DNA from: Alphaproteobacteria bacterium UBA2966
GTDB taxonomy: Bacteria; Pseudomonadota; Alphaproteobacteria; UBA2966
Direction: 5' to 3'
NCBI GenBank assembly: GCA_002348365.1
Contig: DEBC01000130.1
Span: 106,281 to 162,943 of the forward strand
Length of the DNA: 56,663 bases
This document shows, one piece after another, positions 16,472-25,500 of this stretch; positions within the stretch are counted from its first letter, which is position 1; each line of letters begins with the position of its first letter. The notes under the pieces are model-generated. The model was not told where the DNA came from, searched no databases, and saw nothing but the letters and a program-made list of their open reading frames with translations. The position numbers were made by a program, and so were the translations under genes.

Positions 16472-18271
16472 GTGAGCAGGAAACCGATTCTCGATGAGAG
16501 GCCGAAGGGCAACAGCATTCGCGTGCTCGCCCATATCTTTGAATTCCTCTCCCCCTACCGTGTACGCGTCATTGCGGCGCTCGTTTCGCTTGTCGTGGCT
16601 GCGGGCGCAGTGTTGGCCATCGGCCAAGCGCTTCGGCGGGTTGTCGATTTCGGTTTCAGTGCCGACAGCGCCGTATTGGATCAGTACTTTCTGGCTCTCC
16701 TGGGAATCGTGGCACTGCTCGCCGTGGCAACCTATGGACGGTATTACTGCGTTTCGTCTCTGGGCGAGCGTGTGGTTGCAGACATTCGACGCCGGGTCTA
16801 CGAACATATAATCGGCCTCAGTCCTGAATTTTATGAGACGACTCGTACAGGCGAGGTTCTCTCACGGCTGACGACGGATACAACACTCATTCAATCGGTA
16901 GTTGGATCGAGCGCGTCCGTCGCCTTGCGCAATGTTTTGATCTTCATCGGGGGGTCAGCATTGCTCATTGTCAGCAGCCCGAAGTTGACGGGTTTGGTGT
17001 TCTTCATCGTACTTCTCGTGGTGCTGCCAATCATTTTCTTCGGTCGCCGCGTTCGACGGCTGTCCAGGGAGAGCCAGGACAGGGTCGCTGATGTCGGCGC
17101 CTTTGCCGGGGAATCCCTTGATGCGGTGAGGACGGTACAGGCATTCGGTCGCGAAGGAGCGAACCGACGGCGATTCGGCGACGTGGTTGAAAGCGCCTAT
17201 CGCACGGCCGTCCGGCAGATTAAGTCCCGGGCGATGCTTACGGGGATCGTCATCTTGTTCGTTTTCGGGGCAGTCGACATCGTGTTGTGGATCGGCGCCC
17301 GTGATGTCATCGCCGGTGTGATGACGGGAGGCCAGCTGGCCGCATTCGTGTTTTACGCGGTCATGGTGGCGGGCTCTGTCGGCTCTCTATCCGAGGTTTA
17401 TGGCGACCTTCAACGAGCCGCTGGCGCGACCGAACGCCTCATGGAGTTGCTGGCTACGAGATCCAGTATCGCGGCGCCAACGTCGCCGGTCGACATGCCG
17501 AAACCGCCCCGCGGTGCCATTCACTTTGAGAATGTGACGTTTTGCTATCCAACCCGCCCCGACGTGAAGGCGTTGAATTCCTTCAGCCTCTCCGTGGTTC
17601 CGGGCGAGCGCATTGCTCTTGTCGGACCATCGGGCGCAGGCAAGACCACCGTGTTTCAGCTTCTACTGCGCTTTTACGACCCAGTGTCCGGTCGAGTATT
17701 GCTTGATGACGTTGATCTGCGGGATGCGTGTCCAGAGGATGTGCGCGGCAGGATTGGTTTGGTACCGCAGGATCCGGTGATATTTGCCGAGGATGTGTGG
17801 GCCAATATTCGGTACGGGAAGCCGAAAGCGACGGAAGATGACGTCCGCGCGGCCGCCACCGCGGCGGCCGCGGCCGAATTTGTCGAGCGGCTGCCGGACG
17901 GCTTCGGCACATATCTGGGCGAACGCGGTGCCCAGCTCTCAGGTGGGCAGCGCCAGCGGATTTCGATTGCCCGGGCCATTCTCCGGAATCCCACGATATT
18001 GCTGCTCGATGAGGCTACAAGTGCCCTTGATGCAGAGAACGAGCGCATGGTCCAGCAGGCACTTGAAACTCTGATGGAAGGGCGTACAACGATCGTGATC
18101 GCTCATCGCTTGGCGACGGTTCTGAAAGCGGATCGCATTATCGTCATGGACGCGGGGAATGTGGTTGCAACGGGTACGCATGCGGAATTGATGGCACAAG
18201 ACGGGCTCTACGCCCGACTGGCCGAACTGCAATTCGACATGCCTCGGAACACCGTGGTTGCGGCCCAGTGA
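16472..18271 (+). CDS. ABC transporter fused permease/ATP-binding protein (MsbA-related)
   Basis: N-terminal TM domain with GERVVADIR and SRLTTDTTLIQ. Walker A GPSGAGKT, signature LSGGQRQR, Walker B LLLDEATSALD. Confidence 0.93.
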   Translation: MSRKPILDERPKGNSIRVLAHIFEFLSPYRVRVIAALVSLVVAAGAVLAIGQALRRVVDFGFSADSAVLDQYFLALLGIVALLAVATYGRYYCVSSLGERVVADIRRRVYEHIIGLSPEFYETTRTGEVLSRLTTDTTLIQSVVGSSASVALRNVLIFIGGSALLIVSSPKLTGLVFFIVLLVVLPIIFFGRRVRRLSRESQDRVADVGAFAGESLDAVRTVQAFGREGANRRRFGDVVESAYRTAVRQIKSRAMLTGIVILFVFGAVDIVLWIGARDVIAGVMTGGQLAAFVFYAVMVAGSVGSLSEVYGDLQRAAGATERLMELLATRSSIAAPTSPVDMPKPPRGAIHFENVTFCYPTRPDVKALNSFSLSVVPGERIALVGPSGAGKTTVFQLLLRFYDPVSGRVLLDDVDLRDACPEDVRGRIGLVPQDPVIFAEDVWANIRYGKPKATEDDVRAAATAAAAAEFVERLPDGFGTYLGERGAQLSGGQRQRISIARAILRNPTILLLDEATSALDAENERMVQQALETLMEGRTTIVIAHRLATVLKADRIIVMDAGNVVATGTHAELMAQDGLYARLAELQFDMPRNTVVAAQ

Positions 18272-18346
18272 TCTCGGCGATGGCGGTGCAATTCGAGACG
18301 ATCCCAGACTATCCAGATTGCGTGAGGCTGTTCTACCGAATCTAAG

Positions 18347-19651
18347 CTAACGCTCGGTCAGCTTTAGCTCTATCCGACGGTTGCGGCGATGTCCGATCTC
18401 GTCGGCTCGGGAGTCCAGAGGTTGGAACTCACCAAATCCCGTCGCGGCCAGCCGATTTGCCGACACGCCTTGTTCAATGAGAAATTTGACGACGGAAACG
18501 GCGCGGGCCGTTGACAATTCCCAGTTGGAAGGAAAGCGTGCCGTCGAGATTGGAACGACATCTGTGTGGCCGTCTACCCGCAGCACCCAGGGCAACTCGG
18601 GTGGAATGGATCGGGCAATTTCAAGCAGGGCGGTTGCGAGTTGTGCCAGCTGGCTCTGGCCGCCCGGACCGATTTCAGCAGAGGCCGAGGCAAATAACAC
18701 TTCCGATTGGAAAACGAAGCGGTCTCCAACTACCCGGATATCCCGCCTGTTTCCCAGAACCTCTCGCAGGCGCCCAAAGAACTCAGAGCGGTACTTCGAG
18801 AGTTCCTCAACCTTCTGAGCGAGAGCGACATTGAGCCGTTTCCCGAGATCAGCGATGACGGCTTTTTGCTCCTCGTCTTTGGCTTCGGCTGCCTCCAAGG
18901 CGGCATTGAGGCGGGCCAGTTGCTGGCGGACGGCGCTAAGCTGCTGATTCAAGAAAGCGACCTGTGCCTGCGCCGCTGCCGAAATGTCTTTCTCCTTACT
19001 CAGCGAGTCCCTGCTCTCGCTATAGAGACGTTGCAGTTCCGACAAACGCAGTTCGCGATCTTCGATCTCCTTTTGAGCAAGCAGGGTCCGTTCCCGCTCG
19101 TCTGCGAGCCGGGCTTCGAGTTCTTTGCTCTCGTCACGAAGCTTCGCCGCAAGCGATTCGGATTCTTCCAGAGATCTTGCCAGTGAGCCGACTTCAGACT
19201 CCAGCTCATCACGGACTGAGGTCAGGGCCGCAATGTCGCGCTTGAGTCGTTCGATTTCACCAAGTTGTGCCTCGATGGTCTCGCGATCAGTTGCGACTGT
19301 TTGCTGGGCCGCTGCAAGTTTGGCCTCGGTGTCTTCGAGGTTCAGGGCCAGTTGATCTCTTTCGCTTGTGGACTCCTGCAGTGATGCCGACAACTGGGTG
19401 ATGTTGAGGCGCAATTCATCGTTCGACTGGCGTTCCAGTGCGAGGAGTTCAGCAATTTCCGTAAGTTGTCTATTGAGTCGTTCGAGTGCTTCATCTCGTC
19501 CGGATAGCGCCTGGCTGAGGAAGAAATGGGTGATCATAAATACGGCGAGGACGAATATGATGACCAGCAAGAGAGTTGCCAGCGCATCGACAAAACCCGG
19601 CCAGATGTGGTCGCCACGCCGCGCTCTTCCTCGACCGACGATGGCTGGCAT
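18347..19651 (-). CDS. MotB/OmpA-like peptidoglycan-binding membrane protein with long coiled coil
   Basis: N-terminal TM WPGFVDALATLLL with the MotB-type Asp, then a long coiled coil, then an OmpA-like domain (VDGHTD, SNWELSTARAVSV, GFGEFQP, RNRRIELKL). Confidence 0.85.
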   Translation of the reverse strand: MPAIVGRGRARRGDHIWPGFVDALATLLLVIIFVLAVFMITHFFLSQALSGRDEALERLNRQLTEIAELLALERQSNDELRLNITQLSASLQESTSERDQLALNLEDTEAKLAAAQQTVATDRETIEAQLGEIERLKRDIAALTSVRDELESEVGSLARSLEESESLAAKLRDESKELEARLADERERTLLAQKEIEDRELRLSELQRLYSESRDSLSKEKDISAAAQAQVAFLNQQLSAVRQQLARLNAALEAAEAKDEEQKAVIADLGKRLNVALAQKVEELSKYRSEFFGRLREVLGNRRDIRVVGDRFVFQSEVLFASASAEIGPGGQSQLAQLATALLEIARSIPPELPWVLRVDGHTDVVPISTARFPSNWELSTARAVSVVKFLIEQGVSANRLAATGFGEFQPLDSRADEIGHRRNRRIELKLTER

Positions 19652-19669
19652 CGAGCTGTCCCTTTGCCG

Positions 19670-20893
19670 CTAGTTCGAGTCTCTGCCGAGCGCTGCCATC
19701 GTCCGGGCGAGCAGCTTTATCTCGCTGCGGAATTCCTGAATGAGGTGTTCCCGCGCCGGACCCGACTCCTCCAGGAAGCGCTTTACATAGACGTCCAGAT
19801 TGCGCAGATGGGTGCGACTCGCTTCATCGAGTGAAACGGACGACTCGGCTGACGTGGCTTCGGCGAGGCGTTCAAGAACAGGCTTCATCTCCATTTGGCT
19901 TTCGGCAAGCTTGATCATCAGATCCTGCTCAGACCTCATCTGATCAGTAAGTGTGGCCAGCTTGTCGGATAGCGACAGCAGTGTGGTATTCGCGGTGGCA
20001 CTACTTTCCGCGCTCCGCGCTATCGTACGCTGCAGATTGTCTAAACTTTCAGCCGTCTGTTCGAGCAACGCGCTGACATACGCCGGAACCGATTGCTCTC
20101 CATCGCCCACGCCCAAGCCTGAAGAGAGGCGCGTGATGCTGGAGAGCCACTCTTCCAGTTCGTTATAGAAGCGATTCTGCGCCTGCCCGGCCTGCAGCTC
20201 GAGAAAGCCGAGGACCAGTGAGCCGGCGAGTCCGAACAACGAGGAGGAGAAGGCGGTTCCCATGCCGACGAGCGGCGCTTCCAATCCCGATTTGAGCGAT
20301 CCAAACAGCCCGGCCGGATCATCGACTTCGATTGTGAGATCGCGGATCGTCTGACCGACTGCAGTGACAGTTTGAAGAAGGCCCCAAAATGTGCCGAGAA
20401 GGCCGAGGAAGATAAGCAGCCCGATCAGGTAGCGAGCCATCTCCCGCGATTCGTCCAGTCGTGACGCAATGCCATCCAGGAGCGAGCGCATCGATAATGT
20501 GGATAGCCAGCGATGGCTGGGCTGTTCGCTGAGCATCGTTGCCATGGGCGCAAGGAGTGTCGGTAGACGATGCACGGCCATCCCTGCTTCCCGGTGACGG
20601 AAACGCTCCGCCCATTCGACTTCAGGACCCAAAATTTGGACCTGCCGGAACACATAGACGATGCCGAATAGCAGGACACCCAGGATGAGACCATTTAGGC
20701 CTGGATTTGCCATGAACGTGCGCTGCAACTGCTCGGCCAGCAGAGCGGCCACAGCGATGACGACCAATACAAACAGCACCATCCGCACCAGAAAACTCTG
20801 GGGCCGTGTCATGCGGATGTTGGCGCCCACGTCTGCGCGCGAACGCTTTTCGTCCGTTGCGGTACTTTCGTTTTGCGATTCAGCTGTGGTCAC
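19670..20893 (-). CDS. MotA/TolQ/ExbB proton-channel family protein with C-terminal helical tail
   Basis: TM motifs LIFLGLLGTFWGL and MGTAFSSSLFGLAGSLVLGFL. GTGA overlap with the upstream gene. Confidence 0.85.
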   Translation of the reverse strand: MTTAESQNESTATDEKRSRADVGANIRMTRPQSFLVRMVLFVLVVIAVAALLAEQLQRTFMANPGLNGLILGVLLFGIVYVFRQVQILGPEVEWAERFRHREAGMAVHRLPTLLAPMATMLSEQPSHRWLSTLSMRSLLDGIASRLDESREMARYLIGLLIFLGLLGTFWGLLQTVTAVGQTIRDLTIEVDDPAGLFGSLKSGLEAPLVGMGTAFSSSLFGLAGSLVLGFLELQAGQAQNRFYNELEEWLSSITRLSSGLGVGDGEQSVPAYVSALLEQTAESLDNLQRTIARSAESSATANTTLLSLSDKLATLTDQMRSEQDLMIKLAESQMEMKPVLERLAEATSAESSVSLDEASRTHLRNLDVYVKRFLEESGPAREHLIQEFRSEIKLLARTMAALGRDSN

Positions 20894-22092
20894 TGCGTCA
20901 GCAGTACAATATCCACGCGCTCTGGCGGTCCGCTATCCTCGGCCCGGCCCAACGCGCGTACGTCTATGCGCGTGCTCCGAATCCCCTGCTCGATAAGGAA
21001 AGAACGCACAGCCAAGGCCCGGGACAGCGACAGCCTTCTGGAGGAACTCAGGGTTTCGCCGGTCCCGCCCGCGTACGCCTTCAGCTGAAGTCGGCCGTCG
21101 CTCTCTGCCATGGTTGCGGCCAAGGATCCGAGGCTGCGCTCTGCATCAGGCGTGAGTCGCGTGGTTGCTCCGAGAAAGTCCACTCGCATGATCTGTCCGC
21201 CGTCCCGTGGCAGGGAGACGCGAGGGAGCGAGGCGATTTGCCGCTCGCGACTCGCCGGCGTCGTTGATGGTGCCGGTTGCGTTCTCGCTGCAGCCGTCTG
21301 CGCAGGCTGAGTGCGAGGTTGTGTGACCTGGACGGGCGGAGTCTTCGGCGGTGGCGGCGGTGCTTTCACGGGCGGTGGTGCCGATTTCGCGACCGGCGGT
21401 GGCGGCGGCGGTGTTTTCACAGGTGGCGGTGCCGATTTCGCGACTGGCGGCGGTGGTGGCGCTTTTGCGACTGGAGGCGGTTGCGTCTGTGTTACAGGCG
21501 GAGGTGGCGGGGCCTTTACCGGCGGCGGTGGAGCTGTTCTTGACGGCACGGTCCTTGTGGCGATCTGACGGGGTGCCGCGGTTGTGGAAGGTCGGGGAAT
21601 CGGCGGTTTGGTCTCGCGAGCCGCCGCGCGCACCGGAGCCTTCGGTGCTGCCGGCTTTTCGACGGTGCCCTGGATAACCTTCGGAGCCGGCGCTGCTGGC
21701 ATCGCTCGTGTCGCTTGCTGTGGTGCGCGCAGCCGGCTCGGGGTCGAAGGACGTTGAAGCGACAATCGCGGCGTGATTGTTCCGGTCTGGCTCGTGCGTG
21801 CCACACCTGGAGCTCGCAAATGCACGACGTCCACCGAACGTTCACCAGGCATGCGAAGTCTTCGGGCCGATCCCGGAAACAGGTCGTCCTGCTGATCCAG
21901 CGCGTCGAGGTTTACTTCGACTGCCGGACGGCCACTTCCGCCGATAACAACGGTCGATTGTGCTCCGCTCTCCGATGCCAGTACGAAAGACAGCAGGACT
22001 GAAGCGACAAGACCTGCCCGCAACCCAAATTTTGTGCTTTGGGCATTTCGCTCCTGAGGCACGCAAAACGTCATAACCCGATTCGACTCCAT
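20890..22092 (-). CDS. Exported proline-rich protein with C-terminal OmpA-like domain
   Basis: Signal or TM-like segment LVASVLLSFVLASESGA, a polyproline linker, and C-terminal RLQLKAYA..RRLSLSRALAVRSFLIEQGIRSTRIDVRALG..ERVDI. Start is uncertain (22092 or 22074). Confidence 0.75.
   Translation of the reverse strand: MESNRVMTFCVPQERNAQSTKFGLRAGLVASVLLSFVLASESGAQSTVVIGGSGRPAVEVNLDALDQQDDLFPGSARRLRMPGERSVDVVHLRAPGVARTSQTGTITPRLSLQRPSTPSRLRAPQQATRAMPAAPAPKVIQGTVEKPAAPKAPVRAAARETKPPIPRPSTTAAPRQIATRTVPSRTAPPPPVKAPPPPPVTQTQPPPVAKAPPPPPVAKSAPPPVKTPPPPPPVAKSAPPPVKAPPPPPKTPPVQVTQPRTQPAQTAAARTQPAPSTTPASRERQIASLPRVSLPRDGGQIMRVDFLGATTRLTPDAERSLGSLAATMAESDGRLQLKAYAGGTGETLSSSRRLSLSRALAVRSFLIEQGIRSTRIDVRALGRAEDSGPPERVDIVLLTQ
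21347..21530 (-). repeat. Intragenic tandem repeat encoding Pro-rich units (17-aa PPPPPVAKSAPPPVK[T/A]P twice plus degenerate copies)
   Basis: GGTGCCGATTTCGCGAC occurs twice with 51-nt spacing inside GGC/GGT-rich runs. Confidence 0.8.
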
Positions 22093-22240
22093 AAGGTGTT
22101 TTGCGGCCATCCCCCTCGCCCGTCGTGCGGTGTCGCACAATAGCTCAGGGGTCATAACGCGACAACAGGTTAGCCACTCGTGTGTGGCTTGCAGAAACTG
22201 TATTTGGTAGCCAGTCAATCCTGCACTCTGATCCTAATGG

Positions 22241-23047
22241 TTATTCTGCCGCATATGTCGCGCTTCTAAGCGTCTTCGCAATTCCATCGTAGAGCCTGTC
22301 GTTGGCTCCAATGATGCTGCCATTGTTCAAGAAATCATCCCCGCCATCGATTTCTCCAACAAATCCGCCGGCTTCCCGAATCAATATGATGCCTGCGGCA
22401 ACATCCCAGGGATGTAGGCCTTTTTCCCAGAATCCGTCGAATCGGCCAGCGGCCACGTACGCAAGGTCGAGGGCGGCCGATCCGAGATGCCGAATTCCGG
22501 CCGTCAGCGGGGTGAGGGCGTCGAGTTCCCTAGACAATCCGGAATGGTTTTGACGTCGCTGCGGTGGCAGGCCTGTTGCGACCACCGCATTTTCCAGCCG
22601 ATCACGTGAGGACACACGCAGTCGGCTGTGGTTGAGATAAGCGCCTGCCCCCTTTTCCGCCCAAAACATTTCGTCGCGCAGCGGATCGTAGGTGACGCCG
22701 GCAAATATCTCGCCATCTCGCTCCAACGCTATGGTCAAACAGAAATGCGGGATGCCGTGAAGAAAATTGAGTGTGCCGTCCAGAGGGTGGACAATCCATC
22801 GATTGGAGGAATCGGCGCCCTCAATTGCACCCGATTCTTCGAACAGAGCTCCATATCGGGGACGCGCCGACATCAATTCCTTGATGAGAATCTGCTCCGA
22901 GCGCTTGTCGGCGGCAGAGACGAAATCTGCCGGTCCCTTTTTGGATACCTGGAGTTGTTCGACTTCTCCGAAATCGTGCACCAACGCGCGTGCCGCCTTG
23001 CGGGCGGCTCCGGTCATGACATTGATCAGCGCAGATCGGAGTGCCAT
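22241..23047 (-). CDS. suhB: Inositol monophosphatase family protein SuhB
   Basis: DFGEVEQLQVSKKGPADFVS, WIVHPLDGT(L)NFLHG, GSAALDLAYVAAGRFDGFWE, PWDVAAG. Confidence 0.92.
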   Translation of the reverse strand: MALRSALINVMTGAARKAARALVHDFGEVEQLQVSKKGPADFVSAADKRSEQILIKELMSARPRYGALFEESGAIEGADSSNRWIVHPLDGTLNFLHGIPHFCLTIALERDGEIFAGVTYDPLRDEMFWAEKGAGAYLNHSRLRVSSRDRLENAVVATGLPPQRRQNHSGLSRELDALTPLTAGIRHLGSAALDLAYVAAGRFDGFWEKGLHPWDVAAGIILIREAGGFVGEIDGGDDFLNNGSIIGANDRLYDGIAKTLRSATYAAE

Positions 23048-23076
23048 GTGTAGCGTCCAGCAATTAATGACAAGTG

Positions 23077-23643
23077 CTAACCTTCAGCCCGTTTTGCGTA
23101 ACTTCCATCAGCCGTATTCACGACGACATGGTCGTTCACATCTATGAAGGGGGGGACCATCGTGCGCACACCGTTCTGCAGAATCGCTGGCTTGTATGAC
23201 GCGGCCGCCGTCTGACCCCGCACGGTGGGCTCCGTTTCGGTCACCGCCATCGTCACCGTTTCCGGCAGTTCGATGCGAATGGGAGTGCCCTCATAACTCT
23301 CAATCATGACCATCATTCCATCTTGAAGAAACACGGCGGCCTCACCAACCAGATCCGTGGAAAGCTGGGTTTGGTCGTAGGTTTCCGTGTCCATGAAGGT
23401 GAGCATGTCGTCATCACCGTAGAGGTATTGATGCTCCTTCTGATCGAGACGCACCCGCTCAACCGACTCCGATGAACGGAATCGTTCGTTGAGTTTTGAC
23501 CCGTTCATTAAGTTCTTGAGCTCGACTTGGAGGTAAGCCCCCCCTTTGCCGGGTTGGGTGTGTTGGATCTTAACGGCGGCCCAAAGTTCGCCATTGTGCT
23601 CGATCACCATTCCCGGCCGGATCGCATTGCCGTTGATTCTCAT
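23077..23643 (-). CDS. efp: Elongation factor P
   Basis: [49 protein letters not shown]. Confidence 0.97.
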   Translation of the reverse strand: MRINGNAIRPGMVIEHNGELWAAVKIQHTQPGKGGAYLQVELKNLMNGSKLNERFRSSESVERVRLDQKEHQYLYGDDDMLTFMDTETYDQTQLSTDLVGEAAVFLQDGMMVMIESYEGTPIRIELPETVTMAVTETEPTVRGQTAAASYKPAILQNGVRTMVPPFIDVNDHVVVNTADGSYAKRAEG

Positions 23644-23739
23644 GGTCTTCGCTTCGTGGTTGTGTGGGGGTTCCAGCCATATTGCTCTGGCGGCGCGGAA
23701 CCTACCAGCTTGATTGAACCCATTCAATTGAGCCGATGA

Positions 23740-24405
23740 TCATCGGGAGTCGCCGGAATTCCTGATCTCCAATGCCTGCGCAATGGCTTCATTGAATTCT
23801 GCCACCCCGGTTTTCGGGCCATCCTTGTGATCCCACACCGCGGACACAACCGCCAGAAAGTTTGCACCTGCACGGACAAGCGGCGAACAATTCGTGGGGG
23901 TGATGCCCCCGATCGCCACGCTCGGCACCAACAGGACTTCGCTGACCCATTCGAGAATTTCTGTGGTCGCCCGTGTTTCTGGCGCTTTGGTGCGGGTCTC
24001 GAAGAAAGCGCCGAAAGCCACGTAGTCCGCACCGCTCTCCGCCGCTGTGATCGCGAGATGCCGGGAGTTGTGACATGTCACGCCGATGATTCTGTCGGGT
24101 CCAAGCGCGCTTCGGGCCTCCTCGTAGTTTGCGTCTTTCTGTCCGATGTGAACGCCATCAGCGTCGCTGGCCTTCGCCAGGTCGGGGCGATCGTTGATGA
24201 GCAGTGGTACTTCGTACTGGTGACAAATGGGTGCCAGCTGTTCAGCTGCTCGAAGGACGCTGTCATCTTCGCTGTCCTTGAGCCGAAGTTGAAGGCAACC
24301 CACATCTCCACCATCCAACGCGGCCTTGAGGTCTTCGCTGAACTGTCCGACATCGATATGGGATGGCGTGATGAGGTAGAGACGGCATCTGTTGTTCGTC
24401 ATCAT
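23740..24405 (-). CDS. thiE: Thiamine-phosphate synthase family protein
   Basis: LYLITP, LQLRLKD, LINDRPDLA, DGVHIGQ, GADYVAFGAFF, VAIGGIT. Confidence 0.9.
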   Translation of the reverse strand: MMTNNRCRLYLITPSHIDVGQFSEDLKAALDGGDVGCLQLRLKDSEDDSVLRAAEQLAPICHQYEVPLLINDRPDLAKASDADGVHIGQKDANYEEARSALGPDRIIGVTCHNSRHLAITAAESGADYVAFGAFFETRTKAPETRATTEILEWVSEVLLVPSVAIGGITPTNCSPLVRAGANFLAVVSAVWDHKDGPKTGVAEFNEAIAQALEIRNSGDSR

Positions 24406-24481
24406 GGCGACTAATATCCTTTGCTCATTTCACGAAGAGTCATGAGTAAGTTCGGTGCGGCGGGACTGGCCACTCACGTGG

Positions 24482-24511
24482 TTGACGCCGCCTCGGCTGG
24501 TTGCCTATGCT
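24482..24511 (+). promoter_or_regulatory. Putative sigma70 promoter for the DUF4164-zapA operon
   Basis: TTGACG-N18-TATGCT. Confidence 0.45.
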
Positions 24512-24593
24512 ATATGCGAAGGTCATCAGATAAGCCACTTTAATAAAATAACAAATTGTCTGTTGACGGGCCGCCCGATGGGGTGGGGAGGCG

Positions 24594-24899
24594 ATGGATA
24601 TGACTGACGAAGTGTTGGCAACCGAGCGTTTGGAACGATCGGTAGAGCGTCTTGAAAAGGCGGTGGCAGATCGTATCACTGCCGCTGAAACGGCAGTTGC
24701 CGAGCGCATTTCAGCGCTCGAAACGGAATTGAGCAGCCTCAAGACCCAACTCCAATCATTGACGGCGGAAAAGGATGCCCTGGCCAGCGCATTCGATAAT
24801 GCCAACGTCGAGTATCGGGTCCTGGAGAATGTGACGGATACGGTCCGGGATCGGTTGGACGGAACAATTGGTCGGCTCCGTGAAGTGTTGAGTGCATGA
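24594..24899 (+). CDS. Coiled-coil protein upstream of zapA (DUF4164/ZauP-like)
   Basis: All-helical 101 aa ending RLDGTIGRLREVL, directly before zapA. Confidence 0.7.
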   Translation: MDMTDEVLATERLERSVERLEKAVADRITAAETAVAERISALETELSSLKTQLQSLTAEKDALASAFDNANVEYRVLENVTDTVRDRLDGTIGRLREVLSA

Positions 24900-24900
24900 G

Positions 24901-25251
24901 ATGGCTCAGGTCGAGGTCACAGTCAACGGTCGGGAATACCTTGTCGCGTGCGAGGACGGCGAAGAAGAACATCTGCTCGAATTGGCCGATTACCTAAATC
25001 GCAGCGTGACGGAACTTGTGCAATCGATTGGCCAGGTGGGAGAAGCCCGCTTGATGCTGATGGCTGGCCTGCTAATCGCCGACGAGTTGTTCGACTCCCG
25101 GAACTCGATCACCAAACTGGAGTCTGATGTGACCAGCACGAAATCGGCTGGAGACAAGGCTGCGGGAGAGGTCGTCGATGCAGCCAATACGGTTATCGAT
25201 CGTATGGCTTCGCGGTTAGACAACATTGCTGAACGGCTGCAGAGCGCCTAA
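24901..25251 (+). CDS. zapA: Cell division protein ZapA
   Basis: MAQVEVTVNGREYLVACEDGEEEHL...GQVGEARLMLMAGLLIADEL. Confidence 0.93.
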   Translation: MAQVEVTVNGREYLVACEDGEEEHLLELADYLNRSVTELVQSIGQVGEARLMLMAGLLIADELFDSRNSITKLESDVTSTKSAGDKAAGEVVDAANTVIDRMASRLDNIAERLQSA

Positions 25252-25262
25252 TTTGTGTTCAA

Positions 25263-25418
25263 GGCGGGTTCTGCCCTGCGCGTCAAAGGTATCGTCCCTG
25301 GGGTCAAATCGATCTCTCGGGAGCTGTCTCTGCTGGGATCGAGGTCCTGGTACGCGGCGCCCACCTGCACATGCAGGCCACAGAGGATCGCTCCGTTGAC
25401 GGCAGTGGCGGTCCCGCC
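25263..25418 (+). ncRNA. ssrS: 6S RNA
   Basis: Canonical position between zapA and the 5-formyl-THF cyclo-ligase gene. Terminal pairing GGCGGG/CCCGCC and alphaproteobacterial 6S motifs CCCTGGGG..CGATC..GGGAGCTGTC..GGCGCCCACCT. Ends are approximate. Confidence 0.85.
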
Positions 25419-25500
25419 GACCGTGTTTGTCCCTCCGTTCGGAACACGCAATTCTCCAAAATCGTAAACCGCACATTGCGATTGATCGGCCGATTCGCTC

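Noticed and set aside
18347-20893. Zorya anti-phage system (ZorA/ZorB-like pair)
   Set aside because: No zorC/zorD/zorE, nuclease or helicase is adjacent and the context is housekeeping. Kept only as a motor-like finding.
21340-21530. Possible CRISPR or other DNA repeat array
   Set aside because: The repeats are in-frame Pro codon runs within a CDS. There are no unique spacers and no cas genes.
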